A stretch of 64,000 bases of DNA from Thermodesulfobacteriota bacterium. GTDB lineage: Bacteria > Desulfobacterota_D > UBA1144 > Nemesobacterales > UBA2774. The stretch is taken from positions 1,120,001 through 1,184,000 of the forward strand of contig OZ244197.1 of the NCBI GenBank assembly GCA_965216785.1, in the 5' to 3' direction. Every line of letters begins with the position of its first letter. The first letter of the stretch is position 1. Made by a program: the position numbers and the translations under genes. The notes beneath the pieces were generated by a model. That model was not told the DNA's origin and searched no databases. It was given only the letters and a program-made list of their open reading frames with translations. Below, piece after piece: positions 51,001 through 60,467 of the stretch.

Positions 51001-51184
51001 GATTCTGGGGCTTCTCCCACTTATGTGGAGCCAAGGTACTGGGGCAGACGTTATGAAAAGAATTGCTGCCCCGATGGTCGGAGGTCTTATAACTTCAACA
51101 ATACTTACTCTTGTTATCATCCCGGCTATATATGCAATATGGAGAGGGAGAGAATTAGATACAATAAGAAACAAACAAAAATAA
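48053..51184 (+). CDS. cusA: CusA-type heavy-metal RND permease (Cu/Ag)
   Basis: DAIPDLSDVQV, LGPDATGVGW, GSEFMPPLNEG..YMP, DPAPLSM, RVRPKMMT. Confidence 0.93.
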   Translation: MIEKIIEFSARNRFLTILGVLFIAAWGFWAMKQTPLDAIPDLSDVQVIVFTEWTGRSPDLVEDQITYPIVTTMIAAPNVKFVRGQSFFGLSFIYIIFEDGTDMYWARSRILEYLNEVSGQLPEGVTPTLGPDATGVGWVYQYALVDKTGNNDLAELRTFQDWYLRYWLESVPGVAEVASVGGFEKQYQVEIDPNKLFAYKIPLDKVINAIRRSNNDVGGRVVEFATTEYFVRGRGYIKSVEDIEKIPVGTNELGTPVYIRDIANVQLGPEIRRGLSELDGEGEAVGGIVVMRYGENALDVIEKVKQKIEDIKPSLPEGVEIVTTYDRSGLIERAINTLKEKLIEESIIVSIVIIVFLFHLRSASVPILTIPFAVLMAFIPMYYMKLTSNIMSLGGIAIAIGAMVDASIVLVENVHKRLEHWQGEGGEEGRTKVMIDAMKEVGKPIFFALLVITISFLPVFTLEAQEGRLFKPLAYTKTFSMFFAALLAITMTPALITLLIKGKIKPEIKNPVNRLLIKLYDPVVKVALRFKKTVIVASILILLVTVIPFMKLGSEFMPPLNEGSILYMPTAVPGMSITEAAKILHLQDKMLMQFPEVERVFGKIGRARTATDPAPLSMVETIITLKPEEEWREGMTWDKLISEMNQTVKFPGMANIFWMPIQTRTEMLSTGFRSNLGIKVFGPDLKIIEDIGVKIEGVLSELPGTRSVFAERVTGGYFLDFDIDREEAARYGLTVGDVEDVIETAIGGKNISQTVEGQERYPINVRYQRELRMDIEELERVLVATPTGAQVPLSLLVDLQFTTGPPQIRNEDGQKVGYVFVDVEGKDYEGFVNEAKSIVRENVDLPPGYFLEWAGQYEYLQRVKEKLIYVVPLTVFIIFLLIFLNFNSVIETLIVLLSIPFSLVGSIWLLYILDYNLSIAVWVGIIALAGLAAQTGIVMIIYLDEFYEKMIKEGKSGLGDLAKAIHDGAVQRVRPKMMTVMALILGLLPLMWSQGTGADVMKRIAAPMVGGLITSTILTLVIIPAIYAIWRGRELDTIRNKQK

Positions 51185-51205
51185 AAATATGCAGGAGGAT
51201 TAAAT

Positions 51206-51847
51206 ATGAAAACTGTCATTGCTATTTTAGTTCTTGTCATCATTATAATATTGGGCGGGTTGGTGTTTATTAATTCCGGCCTATATGATGTTGCAGCGAC
51301 AAAACCTGAAACAGGAATTGTAAAGTGGGTCCTTGAAACAACTAAAGAAAATTCAGTCAGTTCGCGTTCTAAGGATATACCCGTCCCCAACCTCGATGAT
51401 GAATCCCTTACAATGACAGGCTTCCATCATTATGATCAAATGTGCGTTGGGTGTCATGGTGCACCTGGTATATCTCCTTCAGAGATAGGGGAAGGTCTTA
51501 ACCCTGAGCCTCCGGACTTGGCTGAAGAGGCTGCACATATGTCCCCTGCAGAGCTCTTCTGGATAACTCAGAATGGAATTAAGATGACAGGGATGCCCGC
51601 TTTTGGTCCTACTCACAGCGATGAGGAGCTTTGGGGAATTGTTGCAATAATGCAGAAGTTTCCAGACATGTCACCTGAATATTATATGCAGATGAAACAA
51701 CAAACCGAAACAATGTCACATGAACATAATCACGGACACGATTCACACCAAGATGGAGAACAAAACAGTCTAAACCATGAAAATACCGACCAGACTGAGG
51801 AGCCGGATGTCCATATTCATGAAGGCGGTGATGAACATGTGCACTAA
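51206..51847 (+). CDS. Membrane-anchored monoheme cytochrome c with His-rich tail
   Basis: CVGCH, GIKMTGMPAF, C-terminal His cluster. Confidence 0.88.
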   Translation: MKTVIAILVLVIIIILGGLVFINSGLYDVAATKPETGIVKWVLETTKENSVSSRSKDIPVPNLDDESLTMTGFHHYDQMCVGCHGAPGISPSEIGEGLNPEPPDLAEEAAHMSPAELFWITQNGIKMTGMPAFGPTHSDEELWGIVAIMQKFPDMSPEYYMQMKQQTETMSHEHNHGHDSHQDGEQNSLNHENTDQTEEPDVHIHEGGDEHVH

Positions 51848-51918
51848 GGCGCTGTTCTCAAATATACTGGTTCATAGGTTTAAGAAATCAGTAATAACTT
51901 AATAGGAGGCAATGGCGA

Positions 51919-52401
51919 ATGCAGCTGCGTAACAAAATTTTTGTATTTACGATTACTATAATTCTTATAACCCTAGTGGGTGTAATACCTGAACTTAACA
52001 ACATTGTTTGGTCTCATGGTGAACTGACCGGCAAGGGTTATAAGGAACATGAGAAAAAAGGCCCGAATGATGGGAAGTTGGTTGAACTAGAAGATAAATA
52101 CATAGAATTTGTAGTCGACCATAAGAGTGGAGAAATTGCTTTAATTGTGCTGGACAAGAACATGAAACCTATACCAGTACCGGAAAATATAACTGGACTT
52201 GGTTATCTCCGTATAGTTAATAATCCAGTAAAATGGTTTGATTTTAAAAGGGGGAATCGGGATCAAGTAGCATATCTTCATGCTGCAACTGGAATTGAAA
52301 ATATTGGTCCATTTAATGCAGTAATACGCTTAAATATAGGTCATAAAAGAAAGAATATTCGATTTAGTTGGTCACCAATAATTCATAAAAATAGTGAATA
52401 G
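51919..52401 (+). CDS. Hypothetical periplasmic protein
   Basis: Signal ending WSHG; GPNDGKL motif; GGAGG RBS. Confidence 0.65.
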   Translation: MQLRNKIFVFTITIILITLVGVIPELNNIVWSHGELTGKGYKEHEKKGPNDGKLVELEDKYIEFVVDHKSGEIALIVLDKNMKPIPVPENITGLGYLRIVNNPVKWFDFKRGNRDQVAYLHAATGIENIGPFNAVIRLNIGHKRKNIRFSWSPIIHKNSE

Positions 52402-52475
52402 AGTAACCGGTGTAACTATAGGAGAAAAAAGATTAAGAAATAAGTACTAGAATAAAAATCAAGGAGGTTAGTTAT

Positions 52476-52910
52476 ATGACCAGCAAGAAATTTACAATTT
52501 CCATAACCGGGCTTCTGGGCCTTTCTTTAATTTTAGTTATAACTGTTTTCTTTTCACAGGCATGGGCTCAAGATTCCAAGAAAAGCGATTTCGACAAGAC
52601 GACACCTAGCCTATCTGAAGTAGAGTCAAAATATGTATGCATGATCAACGATCAAATTTACAATAAAGAACAAATACCCGTTGAAGTGGAAGGAAAAACC
52701 TACTACGGTTGCTGTAAAATGTGTGAAGCTAAGCTAAAGAGTGATCCTAATAGTCGTGAATCCATTGATCCAGTAAGTAACAAGAAAGTGGATAAAGCAT
52801 TATCTGTAATAGGTGCTACACAGGACGGCAATGTTTATTACTTCGAGAATGAAACGAATCTAAAAGAATTTAGTGACAAGAATACGAATAATATTGAGGA
52901 GAATAACTGA
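52476..52910 (+). CDS. TRASH/YHS-like metal-binding periplasmic protein
   Basis: VCMIND...VEGKTYYGCCKMC...DPVS..VDKA...VYYFE. Confidence 0.8.
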   Translation: MTSKKFTISITGLLGLSLILVITVFFSQAWAQDSKKSDFDKTTPSLSEVESKYVCMINDQIYNKEQIPVEVEGKTYYGCCKMCEAKLKSDPNSRESIDPVSNKKVDKALSVIGATQDGNVYYFENETNLKEFSDKNTNNIEENN

Positions 52911-52991
52911 GTGAATTGATTTATATACACTTAACTAATTTTGTGGTGATAGATAAGCACCTCGGAGAATTAGAGTTTGTGTTCGGCTGAA

Positions 52992-54371
52992 TTATTGAAT
53001 AGAAACTTGTGTATTTCTGTTTAGAGACCACTTTAATAGTAGTGGTGTGATCAGTGTAGTAACTATGACCATGAAAACAACTGCGGAGAATATAATATCA
53101 TTAAACACACCTAAACTTTTTCCTATAATTGCAAATATTAGACCTACTTCACCACGAGGGATCATTCCGAATCCTATAGACAGTCGGTCATATCGGCTAC
53201 CGGCGAAAATTCCGGAGAATAGTTTCCCAAGTATAGCCACTATAGTAATGGCTAAGGAAAACCATATGGTTTCTGATTTAAAAAAAGTTGTCAAATTTAC
53301 TTGCATCCCCATTAGGACAAAGAATATTGGTGTAAATACAGCCTCGAGAGGAGCTATTAACTGTCTTATAGTTTTCTCATCGCCTGGGGTTCTCGTAAAA
53401 TATTTTTCACTGAGTATCAATCCTGCTGCGAATGCGCCGACAATAGAGGACAGTCCAATAAAATTTGCGACCAAGGAAAGAGTAAAAGCAAGAGATAGTG
53501 AATACAATAGTTTTTGGTTCTGCTTATCGAGTCTCTTAATTAAAGTCCAGTGAACTAAGTGTTCGCCGAAAAAAAAGATTGTACCTAAGAACATAATAGA
53601 AAGTATTAATATACGTAAGATATCATACAGATTTATACTACCGGTTGTCGCAATTGCTATTACAATAGCTAGAAGTATCAAACCAACTATGTCATCTATT
53701 ACTGCAGCACCTAAAATTATTTTCACGGTTTTGTCTCGGACTTTATTCAAGTCTTTGAATAACCGTGCTGTTATTCCGACACTCGTTGCCGATAGCGCGG
53801 CTCCTAAAAATAACTTGAATGATGTAGATGATTTCGGCAGGAACCAATAGCTGATTACAATTCCTAAGATAAGAGGAATTACTATACCAAAAATTGCGAC
53901 CATAGTAGCCTGTCTCCCTACATTCCTCATATCAGCAATACTTGTATCAAGTCCCACCATAAAAAGTAATATGATAATTCCTAGGCTTGAGAACAACCAT
54001 AGAGTAAATCCCATAATTATGTATTTAGGGGCGTGAATATTTGTAAGTATTGACAGTAGCCGATTTCCAACTTCACCATCAGTTAGTTGAGCTGAAGAGA
54101 AAACATGTTTTACTGCCTCTTCAACGGAGAGCCCAGATGAACAGACTGATCTGAATATCTCCTCTGCATTACTAAGCTGCATAATTAAAGTAAAAATGGG
54201 TAACCCCAACCAAAAACCTATATTGCCTATAATTATGCCTACAACCAATTCACCTAGAACTGTGGGTTGTTTTGATAACTCTGCCAACCAGCGTCCTACT
54301 ACTGCTGCCAGTATGATTAGTACGATTTCTAATAAAATTAGTGATAACGGATCAAAATGTCGCTCGATTAT
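52992..54371 (-). CDS. CPA2 cation:proton antiporter
   Basis: KQPTVLGEL, LFMVGL, ATSVGIT, AAVIDD, GMIPRGEVG; frame extends upstream of the TTG at 54287 to ~54371. Confidence 0.88.
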   Translation of the reverse strand: MIERHFDPLSLILLEIVLIILAAVVGRWLAELSKQPTVLGELVVGIIIGNIGFWLGLPIFTLIMQLSNAEEIFRSVCSSGLSVEEAVKHVFSSAQLTDGEVGNRLLSILTNIHAPKYIIMGFTLWLFSSLGIIILLFMVGLDTSIADMRNVGRQATMVAIFGIVIPLILGIVISYWFLPKSSTSFKLFLGAALSATSVGITARLFKDLNKVRDKTVKIILGAAVIDDIVGLILLAIVIAIATTGSINLYDILRILILSIMFLGTIFFFGEHLVHWTLIKRLDKQNQKLLYSLSLAFTLSLVANFIGLSSIVGAFAAGLILSEKYFTRTPGDEKTIRQLIAPLEAVFTPIFFVLMGMQVNLTTFFKSETIWFSLAITIVAILGKLFSGIFAGSRYDRLSIGFGMIPRGEVGLIFAIIGKSLGVFNDIIFSAVVFMVIVTTLITPLLLKWSLNRNTQVSIQ

Positions 54372-54426
54372 CTTATTCTCCAGGTACCAACTAACGAGGG
54401 TTTATTGGTATATATGCATTAAGATG

Positions 54427-54441
54427 GCAATTTAAGTGCCA
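54427..54441 (-). promoter_or_regulatory. Sigma-54 promoter (antiporter)
   Basis: TGGCACTTAAATTGC, GG-N10-GC. Confidence 0.75.
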
Positions 54442-54583
54442 CATGAAAAATATATCTTTGACAATTCGTACGAGGATGCAAGTCAATTTAATATCTGATC
54501 TGGGTCAATTGGCTTCATAATGATAATGATTCTCGACAATATTCAAATTTCTCTTTATCTATAAGATTAATCAAGCATGTGAT

Positions 54584-54599
54584 TGTTGATAATTCAACA
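54584..54599. promoter_or_regulatory. Putative enhancer (UAS) palindrome
   Basis: TGTTGATAATTCAACA between two divergent sigma-54 promoters. Confidence 0.65.
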
Positions 54600-54715
54600 G
54601 CCATCGTTTGAAAATCATCAACTTGAATTACTGTTATTATCTAACAATCATGGAGAATCATGCGGTTTCTATAAAATTTGGAGATTTGGAATCTACGAAG
54701 TTCAACGTTCAAAAT

Positions 54716-54730
54716 TGGCATATTAATTGC
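54716..54730 (+). promoter_or_regulatory. Sigma-54 promoter (small lipoprotein)
   Basis: TGGCATATTAATTGC, GG-N10-GC. Confidence 0.78.
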
Positions 54731-54761
54731 CATAAATTAAATTGAACTATGGAGGCTTATA

Positions 54762-54983
54762 ATGCGATTTTTTCTCATAACTTTTACAAGTTTTCTTTTA
54801 GCAAGTTGTTCAGTAATTTCATTTCAACCGACACCTACAAAAGACTCTAAGAATTATGGTTCACAAGAATATCAGGACTGCATAGATAAAAACCCCTCAG
54901 ACAAGACAAAATGTGAGATGATAAAACCCAACACTATGGAGCCTAATTTAACTGAACATAAAGATAGAGAAGGGTATCATTAA
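54762..54983 (+). CDS. Small lipoprotein
   Basis: Lipobox LASC; GGAGG RBS; downstream of a sigma-54 promoter. Confidence 0.7.
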   Translation: MRFFLITFTSFLLASCSVISFQPTPTKDSKNYGSQEYQDCIDKNPSDKTKCEMIKPNTMEPNLTEHKDREGYH

Positions 54984-55136
54984 ATTGTTAAAGGAGTTAT
55001 ATGGATTATAACAAAAACTGAATCGCAAAATTATTAAATTGCCGGAGGTTTATACAATATGCTGCAAAAATGGAGTATACGTATAGAGTTCTGATCTGAA
55101 TATTAATGAAAATAGAAACAAGAAAGCCTTATTCTA

Positions 55137-56528
55137 CTAGTTATTGTTTCTTGGCCCTACTTGCTTGATGCCATATTTATTCATGCTATAAATCAAGGAA
55201 TTTCGTGAGATGTTGAGTAGCTTAGCTGCCTGAGTCTGATTCCAATTCATCTTTTCAAGAGCTTGGAGAATTAATTCTCTTTCCAAATTCTTTAAATCTA
55301 TACCGGTTTCAGGAATAGGAACTGTAAAATTAACCGTCTCTAATTTTTCCCCATCCAGGAACTCTTTGGGTAGCTGATCTACAGTAATAATTTCACCTTG
55401 ACATAGTACGACTAACCTATGAATCAAATTTTCAAGTTCTCGAATATTGCCTGGCCAATGATATTTCCTAAAGATTTCAATTACTTCATCATCAAACCTC
55501 ATACAACTTTTGCCAAACTGTATCGAAAATTTATTTAGGAAACTTTCGGCTAGAAGAGAGATATCCTCTTGTCTTTCCCTGAGTGGCGGTAGAGTTATCG
55601 GAATAACGCTCAGGCGATAATAAAGATCATCCCTAAACATTTTCTCATCTACTAATTTTTTAAGATCTTGATTTGTAGCAGCAATGATTCTAACATCGAC
55701 TTTACGTGGAGTTGTTTCACCAATTTTATCAATCTCCTTATTGTGAAGTGTTCTTAGAATCTTGACTTGAAGTTTTAAGGGTAATTCGTTTATTTCATCA
55801 AGGAAGACAGTACCACCTTCAGCAGCTTCGAATTTCCCGGTTTTATCCGTTTTGGCATCAGTGAAAGTACCCCGCTTATGTCCGAAAAGCTCAGATTCAA
55901 GTAGGTTCTCAGGAATTGCGCCACAATTTACAATAACAAAAGGTTTGGTGGTTCTGAGACTATTAAAGTGAATTGCTTTGGCCATTAATTCCTTCCCCGT
56001 GCCGCTTTCGCCTAGAATTAAGATAGAAGAGTCGGTTCTAGCTACCTGACTTGCAATCTCAAGGACTTTTTTCAAAGCCGGTGAACTACCTATCATATTA
56101 TTGAAATTTAACGATCCCGCTAAAAATTCTCGGAGGGTCTTATTTTCAATCAATAGATCCTTATACTTGAGAACTTTTTTAACTTTGAGTATGAGTTCAT
56201 TTTTATCTACTGGCTTTGTTATATAATCATTAGCTCCTAACTGCATAGCTTCTACTGCTGATTCTATTGATCCGTATGCAGTTACCACAATTACGCTGAC
56301 ATCATACGAAATTTCATTTAATTTTTTGAGAAGTTCCATACCACTCATTTCGGGCATACGAATATCTGTTATAACCAAGTCAATATTTTTATTATTTATA
56401 ATATCGAGACCTATAGCCCCATTTTCAGCAGTAATCAAATCATATCCAGCTTCAATGAGTTGATATTCAATCACTCTCCTAAAGCTTTTATCATCGTCTA
56501 TCAATAAAATAGTTTTAGTTTCCATCAC
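55137..56528 (-). CDS. Sigma-54-dependent response regulator (NtrC/ZraR family)
   Basis: REC (DDD, D-IRMP), [30 protein letters not shown], Fis HTH. Confidence 0.95.
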   Translation of the reverse strand: MMETKTILLIDDDKSFRRVIEYQLIEAGYDLITAENGAIGLDIINNKNIDLVITDIRMPEMSGMELLKKLNEISYDVSVIVVTAYGSIESAVEAMQLGANDYITKPVDKNELILKVKKVLKYKDLLIENKTLREFLAGSLNFNNMIGSSPALKKVLEIASQVARTDSSILILGESGTGKELMAKAIHFNSLRTTKPFVIVNCGAIPENLLESELFGHKRGTFTDAKTDKTGKFEAAEGGTVFLDEINELPLKLQVKILRTLHNKEIDKIGETTPRKVDVRIIAATNQDLKKLVDEKMFRDDLYYRLSVIPITLPPLRERQEDISLLAESFLNKFSIQFGKSCMRFDDEVIEIFRKYHWPGNIRELENLIHRLVVLCQGEIITVDQLPKEFLDGEKLETVNFTVPIPETGIDLKNLERELILQALEKMNWNQTQAAKLLNISRNSLIYSMNKYGIKQVGPRNNN

Positions 56529-56529
56529 T

Positions 56530-57597
56530 CTACTCTATAGGTAAATCCACAAAGAAGGTTAAACCTTGCTTAGTGTTTTGTTCAATTCTAATATCCCCGC
56601 TGTGTTTTTTAACTAGCTGATAAGAAACCGCTAAGCCTAAACCTGTACCGTTTTCCTTAGTTGTGAAAAAGGGGTCAAAGATTTTAGGTAGATTTTCAGC
56701 TTTAATTCCGATTCCCTCGTCCTCGATTGATACTTCTAAATGATTGTTGTTTCTTGTAGTTCTGATTTTTAGGTTGCCCCCTGATGGCATCGACTGAACA
56801 CCATTTAGAATGATATTAAAAAATACCTGTTTGAGTTGTTCAGAATCCACCCATAAAGCAGGGAGGGTCTTATCGAATTCCGACAAGATTTTAATGTTTT
56901 CCTGTTTTGTCGTAGCTCTTATAAGGCTTATAACAGGATCAATGATTTCATTGATATGAACTTTACTTAATTCTAACTCAGGAGGTTTTGCATAGCGTGT
57001 AAAATCCCTTAAGAGATGGTTGAGCCTTACAATTTCATCTTTAATTATGAGCACAAACTCATATTTTGGATTTTCTTTACCGACCTCATTCTCAAGTATA
57101 TCTACTGCTCCCTTAATAGAACCAAGTGGATTTCTAATCTCATGTGAAAGTCCTGCGGCCAGTTCTCCTAAAACAGCTAATCTGTCTGATTGTCTAAGCA
57201 TCTCAAAAGTTTCTTGAAGCTTAGTATCGACTTTATTTAGCTCTTCGGATGCCCTTACCAGTTTTTCTTTATGTTTTTTCTCCATATTTACTAGAAAGCC
57301 AGTCCCCGTACCAACAAGAATATAAAAAATTATTTCAGAGTAGAGCCCCATATCGTTAAAAGGACTTTCAATTAATTCGACTACATATGTTGCAGAAATA
57401 ATTAGCGATACAATTAAGCCGCCTACTACACCAAACCAAATACCTGCTATCATAATCGGTATGTAATAGAAGTGCTGATATGCCTCAAACATCTCTTGAT
57501 CAGTAAAAAAATGAAGAGAGCTGATTCCAACAATTAAAACTACAATAAGACCTAATTTAAGAACAGGTTTGTTGTTGTTCAATCTGATAAACATCAT
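56530..57597 (-). CDS. Membrane-bound sensor histidine kinase
   Basis: N-terminal TM bundle; HEIRNPL, N box, DEGIG, FDPFFTTK, GTGLGL. Confidence 0.95.
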   Translation of the reverse strand: MMFIRLNNNKPVLKLGLIVVLIVGISSLHFFTDQEMFEAYQHFYYIPIMIAGIWFGVVGGLIVSLIISATYVVELIESPFNDMGLYSEIIFYILVGTGTGFLVNMEKKHKEKLVRASEELNKVDTKLQETFEMLRQSDRLAVLGELAAGLSHEIRNPLGSIKGAVDILENEVGKENPKYEFVLIIKDEIVRLNHLLRDFTRYAKPPELELSKVHINEIIDPVISLIRATTKQENIKILSEFDKTLPALWVDSEQLKQVFFNIILNGVQSMPSGGNLKIRTTRNNNHLEVSIEDEGIGIKAENLPKIFDPFFTTKENGTGLGLAVSYQLVKKHSGDIRIEQNTKQGLTFFVDLPIE

Positions 57598-57719
57598 AAC
57601 CTTATAATTTTACTACGAAATACTAGGATAGGCACATTGTAGAGCCTTTATTGTAAACCTATCTATGATGTCTCCTAATAAATTTAATCTTTCACGCACA
57701 CATATTGTAATAACTTTCG

Positions 57720-57734
57720 GCAAGTTCTATGCCA
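57720..57734 (-). promoter_or_regulatory. Sigma-54 promoter (HK-RR operon)
   Basis: TGGCATAGAACTTGC, GG-N10-GC. Confidence 0.75.
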
Positions 57735-57819
57735 TAAGAACTGCCGAAGGTTATTCCACTTAAACAGCTAAATTTACAAGGGCTTTATAATTTATATGAG
57801 TTTCATAGAGGTTTTATGT

Positions 57820-57856
57820 TGTTGATTATCCAACACCATGTGTTGTGTATTCAACA
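57820..57856. promoter_or_regulatory. Tandem enhancer (UAS) palindromes
   Basis: TGTTGATTATCCAACA (57820-57835) and TGTTGTGTATTCAACA (57841-57856), 21 bp apart. Confidence 0.7.
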
Positions 57857-57951
57857 AATAAAATGATGTAATCAATAGTGTTTGCTTCCCTGACCAAGAA
57901 AATTTCTATAATTGCAACAAGTTATAGCAAGGACAGAGAATTAAATATCTC

Positions 57952-57966
57952 TGGTATGTAACTTGC
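57952..57966 (+). promoter_or_regulatory. Sigma-54 promoter (porin-cytochrome operon)
   Basis: TGGTATGTAACTTGC, GG-N10-GC. Confidence 0.72.
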
Positions 57967-58067
57967 GATAATAAAATTGATAACACGATAAATGTTATAA
58001 ATCCAAGATCAAACGACACAGCAAAGAAGTGTTTTTTTGGAAAAGTTGCAATAAGGAGGTTGGTAAA

Positions 58068-59429
58068 ATGAGGTTAAGCGAGTTTATTGTAATCCCGCTG
58101 TTGATTATTTCCTCCCTGTTATTCTTCGGATTAAGCTCAGCCGAAGCTCAAAAGACAGATAGTGAAATACAGACCTTAAAAGAGGAAATAAGAAGGTTAA
58201 ACCAGAGGGTCGAAGAACTGGAGATACAAAGAGCTGAAGATAGGAAGCTAGCAGAAGAAGCTCAGCGTGATCAGGAAGAAGTTCAAGAACAGACTTCTGC
58301 TTCACTCGGGTCTTATGTAGACCAAAGGATTAAAAAATTCGGTTTATTCAATACGAACAAAACACTTTTCACGGGTTACGGTGCTGTTGGTTTTAATGAT
58401 GTGGATGGTAAACCTAGTACATTCAGTGCTGTGTTTGCTCCTATATTTCATTATCAGTTATCTAGAAATTTACATGTAATAATAGAGCCTGAGTTCGAGC
58501 TAGAAGACGATGAGCTCGAAATAGGCTTGGAAATTGGGGAGATAGACTATTTTCTCAACGACTATGTGACGTTGAGCGCGGGTAAAATACTGCTTCCGTT
58601 TAACGTCTTTTCACAAAGATTCCACCCGACATGGATCAATAAGATGCCATCTCTTCCGATTATTTACGGATCTCACTCCGACGATGGCCCCACACAAGGC
58701 ATAGTGCCCGTACTCAGTGATATTGGAGCTCAGGTCAGCGGCGGCTTAGCGCTTAACCTCTTTGAGGGGTCGAAATTAAATTACGCGTTTTATCTTGTGA
58801 ACGGTCCGAGAATTGAATCAGAGGATGAACATGATGAGGGCGATGAAGAAGCCGGAGATGAGCATAATGAAACAACCACCACTGCTAATGAAGGCGATGA
58901 ACTTGAAGAAAACGGGCACGGCGGCGGACAAACAGACTTAATATTCGGGAATAACTTCACAGATATAAACTCCAACAAAGCCTTTGGGGGAAGGATAGGC
59001 TTCCTGCCCGTATGGAATTGGGAAGTCGGGGGATCGCTTATGTTCGGCGATGCCGAAGATGACATAGATTTCTTCATGTACGGTTTTGACACGGAATTCC
59101 AGTATAGGGGATTGTTAGTGCTCGCAGAGTTCATACACCTTGAGAACGATAATGTAGGCGGAGGCGAAACTGAAAAGAACGGATATTATGCCCAGGGTTC
59201 TTACAGGCTGTCAGATATTCCATTACAGAACCGTTATATCGGGAGTTTTGTAAACGGGCTTGAGCCAGTATTCAGATATGGCAAAAACTATCTGCCAGGT
59301 AGAGACCAAGAGCAGTATGCAATAGGGCTTGATTGGTGGCTTCTCTCAAGCGTGCCTTTGAAAATTGCTTATGAATTTAATGACGGATTACCCGATAGAT
59401 TCTTAATGCAGTGGGCATTTGGTTTCTAA
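58068..59429 (+). CDS. Outer-membrane porin-like protein with N-terminal coiled coil and acidic His-containing loop
   Basis: Signal peptide, coiled coil, amphipathic beta strands, C-terminal QWAFGF; AAGGAGG RBS before ATG 58068. Confidence 0.78.
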   Translation: MRLSEFIVIPLLIISSLLFFGLSSAEAQKTDSEIQTLKEEIRRLNQRVEELEIQRAEDRKLAEEAQRDQEEVQEQTSASLGSYVDQRIKKFGLFNTNKTLFTGYGAVGFNDVDGKPSTFSAVFAPIFHYQLSRNLHVIIEPEFELEDDELEIGLEIGEIDYFLNDYVTLSAGKILLPFNVFSQRFHPTWINKMPSLPIIYGSHSDDGPTQGIVPVLSDIGAQVSGGLALNLFEGSKLNYAFYLVNGPRIESEDEHDEGDEEAGDEHNETTTTANEGDELEENGHGGGQTDLIFGNNFTDINSNKAFGGRIGFLPVWNWEVGGSLMFGDAEDDIDFFMYGFDTEFQYRGLLVLAEFIHLENDNVGGGETEKNGYYAQGSYRLSDIPLQNRYIGSFVNGLEPVFRYGKNYLPGRDQEQYAIGLDWWLLSSVPLKIAYEFNDGLPDRFLMQWAFGF

Positions 59430-59467
59430 AATATAAGGTTATAGATATGGAAAGGAGATAAAAAATT

Positions 59468-60139
59468 ATGAATAAACCCAGACTAAAAAAAATATCATTA
59501 CTTTTTGGTTTAATCATTATGATCCTCTCTATTATGCTGGGAGACTACGCTCACGCTCAAGGAGAAGATAAAGAAGAAATGCAAGAGAGTGAATTAAGCG
59601 GTGCGGATCTTTGGTCACAGAACTGCAGCAGGTGTCACAACATCAGAAGCCCGCAGGAGTTTAACGATGCCCAGTGGGAAATCATTGTGAGCCATATGCG
59701 TATTATAGGCGGGATACCCGCAGCTCAAGCAAGAGCTATAACCAAGTTCCTTCAAGAAACAAATAACCCTCCCCTACAACCTATAGAGCCAATATCTACT
59801 GATAAGAAAACCGGGGTAAAAGGAGAGGAATTAATAATTGATATAGAAAAAGGGGATGCTATAAACGGAAAAGCATTATATGAAAAAAACTGTGCAGCAT
59901 GTCATGGAACTACAGGTAAGGGAGACGGGCCGGCCGCGGCGAGTATGAAGCCTAAACCCAGAAACATTAGAGACAGAGAATATATGCAGAATTTATCAGA
60001 CGCGTATCTTCTCGAGATAATTACTTACGGCGGAGCCAGTGTAGACAAATCACCCTTAATGCCCGGTTGGGGAAATGTGATGAATCAAAAGGAAATTATA
60101 GACATTATCTCTTATATGAGGCAATTAAGCGAGCAATAG
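59468..60139 (+). CDS. Diheme cytochrome c
   Basis: CSRCH and CAACH; axial-Met motifs HMR and MPGW; signal peptide. Confidence 0.9.
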   Translation: MNKPRLKKISLLFGLIIMILSIMLGDYAHAQGEDKEEMQESELSGADLWSQNCSRCHNIRSPQEFNDAQWEIIVSHMRIIGGIPAAQARAITKFLQETNNPPLQPIEPISTDKKTGVKGEELIIDIEKGDAINGKALYEKNCAACHGTTGKGDGPAAASMKPKPRNIRDREYMQNLSDAYLLEIITYGGASVDKSPLMPGWGNVMNQKEIIDIISYMRQLSEQ

Positions 60140-60239
60140 TAATTTTAATCAAGTCGTAAGATTATTTTTAAAATGTAGGTCGGTAATAGGTCACACGTTG
60201 TAAACAGGAGATGAAGATTATACTGAATCGATAATTAAC

Positions 60240-60467
60240 ATGCATGTACAAGACATATTGGAGTTACACTGGGGCATGTGGGTATATGTGATAGTTTTTT
60301 GGCTCCTGCTTATCTTGGGGATCGTAGCAATTATAAAATGGTTCAATGCTAAAACTCGTCTTAAAAAATCATATCTTCAAATTCTGGAGAAGAAATATGC
60401 AAATGGTGAGATAAGTAAAGAAGATTTTGAGAAGATGAAAAAACAAATAACGAGAGAAAAGGATTGA
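60240..60467 (+). CDS. SHOCT-domain membrane protein
   Basis: TM helix then ILEKKYANGEISKEDFEKMK. Confidence 0.85.
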   Translation: MHVQDILELHWGMWVYVIVFWLLLILGIVAIIKWFNAKTRLKKSYLQILEKKYANGEISKEDFEKMKKQITREKD

